From Octopus bimaculoides (Eukaryota), in assembly GCF_001194135.2 (NCBI RefSeq), contig NC_068997.1:41432974-41472448 (forward strand): a stretch of 39,475 bases of DNA, in the 5' to 3' direction. The position numbers and the translations under genes are program-made. Numbering within the stretch: the first letter of the stretch is position 1; each line of letters opens with the position of its first letter. Positions 35,882-39,475 of the stretch are shown piece by piece. The notes under the pieces were generated by a model. That model did no database searches and was not told where the DNA came from. It saw only the letters and a program-made list of their open reading frames with translations.

Positions 35882-36094
35882 AGGCGGCGAGCTTGCAGTG
35901 TTGTAAGCACGCCGTGCAAAATGCTTAACGCCATTTCGTCCATCTTTACGTTCTCAGTTCAAATTATGCCGAAGCCGACTTTACTTTTCATCCTTTCGGA
36001 GTTGATAAAATAAGTATCAATTGAGAACCGGGGTTATTTAATCGACTTACTCCTTCCCCCGAAGTTGCTGGCCTTGTGCCGAAATTTGAAACAA
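35882..36094 (+). mobile_element. tRNA-headed SINE, group A
   Basis: aggcggcgagcttgcag...gttcaaatt...gctggccttgtgccgaaatttgaaacaaat. Degenerate flanking duplication at 35866-35881 and 36095-36110 (12/16). Confidence 0.88.
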
Positions 36095-37289
36095 ATATAG
36101 AAAACATCTAGACGTCTGTTAACATATTTTGTTAGACAGTGTACCGCTTCACTGATTATCTGCGTAAATTAGAAATTAACCACGGAAATCCAATAGTTCT
36201 ATGGCTAATTAGTATGGATGCCAAATGGTCAAAGTTCTTCCTCTACTACGAATTTCTTCCAACTAAATAGTTTAAAACTTCAAAACACTCTTATCATCAT
36301 ACTCAATTTTACGTAATTGAAGTACATAATACTTGAGGAAGTTTCTGTGCAAGTTATCTGCAATCGACAAGGTTCTTATTGAAGAGTTTTATCTTTCGTC
36401 CACATAAGCCAGCATTAATTCTCATTCTCATATGGATCCCTGATATCCACAACAATGAATCCAATCCCAGATGACAGTGTCAGGCGTGTTATGTTGCAAG
36501 TCCCTGTAACATGCCGTATTTCTAAATATGTTAGTGAATTCAAAATATGTTACTGCAGGGGGAGTTTATTGTCAGTTAAGTATGCCGAAATGAGACTATA
36601 TCATTGTTACAAAGATATATCTTACTTTAAAGAAACACGTATTCTAGCTGACATTTCTAAAACTCCTCCATACATGCAGCACAATTATTTTTATGCAGAG
36701 ATAATACATACATACATACATACATACATACACATACACACACAGATACACACACACATATGTATGCATGTGCGGGCGTATGATAAATATTAAACAAATA
36801 TTAACTTTGTTACTTGGAAATATCTAGCGCATATCAAACGATACCATGTGTATCTGTAAGTTTTGATATACAATCCTACATAAAACACGAATACAAAGGC
36901 AAAACGCAGAATTTACTTTTGGATGTTTTGATAGAAATAAAAACTAATTATGAACTAGCTACTTGCAAATAAAAAGTTACTTTTTATCACGTATTAATAG
37001 AAAAATTTATTTAATATCATTTCATAATCTCTTGTTCTATTTCATGTTTCTGAATCTGCAAGGTATATCAATACTTTATAAATTTATGAATTTGTCATTT
37101 GAAAAAAAGAATAACTTACAATTGTTGCTTTATGTGACAATAGACTCGGGATCAAGAAAATAAAAATTCAGTTAAATACATCTATTGGTACTGTTCAGAA
37201 AACTTCATCTTAATTCAGTCAGACAAATGGATACTAATTATTTTTAATTAATTCTAAGCCATTTATTACCTATGGACTCTTTGATTCCT

Positions 37290-37503
37290 ATTGAACACGG
37301 CTGGACCCCCATAACCATTTCATGTTAAAAAAAACACCTATTATATTTTTATATCTAATTATTATTAGGAACTGTATTAAAAAAAATTGTGAAAATATTC
37401 TGTGTAGTGTAGAAGCATAACTAATTTATTCCACATCAATTTTGACTTCAAAATCTTATAATGGACCCCTATGGTTCATATGGATTCCGGTTGAGAAGCA
37501 TTG
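37290..37503. mobile_element. Probable hAT/Charlie-type MITE terminus
   Basis: Ends ggacccctatggttcatatggattccggttgagaagcattg, similar to the Charlie-type terminus ...ggttgagaaccactg. No matching left end found. Confidence 0.4.
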
Positions 37504-37762
37504 ATTAAGAAGATCAAGCCAACCTCTTGGAACTAATCGTATGATTACTCATCTTTGAGTTGCATCATCATTTGCACCTAGCTCTGTCTTACAAACACAG
37601 TTGGCAGAATTTTAGAGTTGCTGGCAACTGATCTTGTATGATGGCTGTATCTCAAGTCTCAAATAAAATTTCAAATTATGAAATGTTATTTCATCACCTA
37701 CAAGTGTGCGTACGTGCGTGTGTGTGTATGTGTGTGTGAGCGCGTGTATGTGTGTGTGAGTG

Positions 37763-37809
<47 letters not shown>

Positions 37810-38372
37810 GAAATAGCTTGCAAATATCTAGTAGCTGATTAGCTCTCTTTTTTAATCTTTACATTAGAAAAATTCTAAATTTCGACAATGACCGTATGTT
37901 CATGATAATGAAGGTAATTAGACATGCATTATAAATATGCATTAGACAAATTTATTTTAATATATGTATGTATTTGTGGACGTGTGTTTGATGTGCGTGT
38001 GTGTGTAAGTTTAATCTTGACTATCACAAGTGTGTAAATACTTCATGTAGTACCTGGTGAGGGGAAGGAGTGGGAGGAGGAGGGCGACAATTAGGAGAAG
38101 GATGAGATCGACGATAATAATGTGTATGTATTAACTCATCATGAAGCTAAGTACACATACATATATATGTGTGTGTCTGCATGCGTGCATGCGTGCGTGT
38201 AAGTGTGTATGTATATATATGTATGTGAATATATATATATATGCAAACACATATATACATATATATGTATATGTATCCACATATTTTTGTACACGTTTCA
38301 TGACGTCCTGTGCCCACATATGCACGTTTATATATACGTATAGATGTATGTACATATAGGTATGTATATATA

Positions 38373-38406
<34 letters not shown>

Positions 38407-38849
38407 NNNNNNNNNNNNNNNNNNNNNNNNNNNNNNNNNNNNNNNNNNNNNNNNNNNNNNNNNNNNNNNNNNNNNNNNNNNNNNNNNNNNNNNNNNNNNN
38501 NNNNNNNNNNNNNNNNNNNNNNNNNNNNNNNNNNNNNNNNNNNNNNNNNNNNNNNNNNNNNNNNNNNNNNNNNNNNNNNNNNNNNNNNNNNNNNNNNNNN
38601 NNNNNNNNNNNNNNNNNNNNNNNNNNNNNNNNNNNNNNNNNNNNNNNNNNNNNNNNNNNNNNNNNNNNNNNNNNNNNNNNNNNNNNNNNNNNNNNNNNNN
38701 NNNNNNNNNNNNNNNNNNNNNNNNNNNNNNNNNNNNNNNNNNNNNNNNNNNNNNNNNNNNNNNNNNNNNNNNNNNNNNNNNNNNNNNNNNNNNNNNNNNN
38801 NNNNNNNNNNNNNNNNNNNNNNNNNNNNNNNNNNNNNNNNNNNNNNNNN

Positions 38850-38910
<61 letters not shown>

Positions 38911-39475
38911 AAGAGAAGGACAGAGGGAGAGAGAACTAACTAAGTAACCAGTTTCTTTCAAACTTCTGCTTAATTATGTGTCCTTCCTTTTACTATGGAA
39001 TTTTCACCTTTGGTTGCCGAATCTGCAATTTTGGTTTCAGATCCATTTCTTCCAAAGGATTTATTTACAGATGCTGATGTATATATTTGGCTGCTGATGT
39101 ATACACCTGTACCTTTGCGTAACCGGACTGGTCTTACGGACTTTTGCTGGACATCAGTTTAATCCCGCTGATCGAACAGTTAATGATCTTAGAAGTCGTT
39201 TGAGAAACTTGCGGCCTCCACTGTAAAATATGAGGACATTGGATGTTGACTTAATAAGTGATTACTTACAAAGATCTCAATGAAGTAGTGGTAGCCATTT
39301 TTTTAACACTGACAAGATGAAGGGTAAAATTTACAAGAGCTGGGATTGAACTCACAACATAGATGACCGATGCAAATACGTATAATTCTCTACCATTTGT
39401 ATCAATCTGCCATGTATATGTATACAAACATATACATGCGTGTATGAGCATATACATATATGTATATGTATATAT

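Larger units (their letters stand above)
564..38849. other. Thirteen assembly gaps (for example 564-1281, 6638-7063, 10315-10968, 17421-18145, 29636-30068, 38407-38849) and pervasive (TA)n, (CA)n, (GA)n and (TATG)n microsatellites
   Basis: Direct reading. Most gaps abut microsatellites on at least one side. Confidence 0.95.

Noticed and set aside
36120-36680. Possible LINE RT remnant on the minus strand and ORF 36455-36793
   Set aside because: Only vague motif similarity, with no recognisable catalytic or QG motif.
62-39457. Most ORFs in the supplied track (YIYI, CVCV, HTHT, RERE, poly-X)
   Set aside because: They are translations of dinucleotide microsatellites or read through N-gaps, with no domain content.
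1-39475. CRISPR arrays, Fanzor/TnpB, rRNA or prokaryotic operons
   Set aside because: No regularly spaced repeat-spacer array, RuvC-like motifs or rRNA-like sequence seen; the context is eukaryotic repeat DNA.

Overview
AT-rich, microsatellite-saturated animal genomic DNA with 13 N-gaps. The SINE sequences and repeat landscape suggest an octopod cephalopod (Octopus-like); this is an inference from recalled repeat sequences, not a database result. No intact host protein-coding gene is supportable, and nearly all ORFs in the track are microsatellite or gap artefacts. The window is a transposon graveyard. DNA transposons: two decayed Tigger/pogo copies, a decayed hAT Buster/Charlie copy, an internally deleted mariner, a mariner 5' end, a mariner-derived MITE and two foldback MITEs. 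Retroelements: at least five Penelope-like (PLE) remnants, three with GIY-YIG domains, and about ten tRNA-headed SINEs in three sequence groups. Most interesting: (1) three dispersed short elements carrying a minimal hammerhead-ribozyme-like fold with compensatory stem II changes (19146, 30102, 34665); (2) a mariner TIR plus N-terminus fused one nucleotide out of frame to an open PLE GIY-YIG ORF (33552-34393); (3) a perfect 43-bp inverted copy of that PLE tail inserted into a Tigger next to a 34-bp duplication; (4) a near-perfect 82-bp hairpin; (5) a possible AG|GT recursive splice site and a candidate non-coding exon. All alignments were done by eye.
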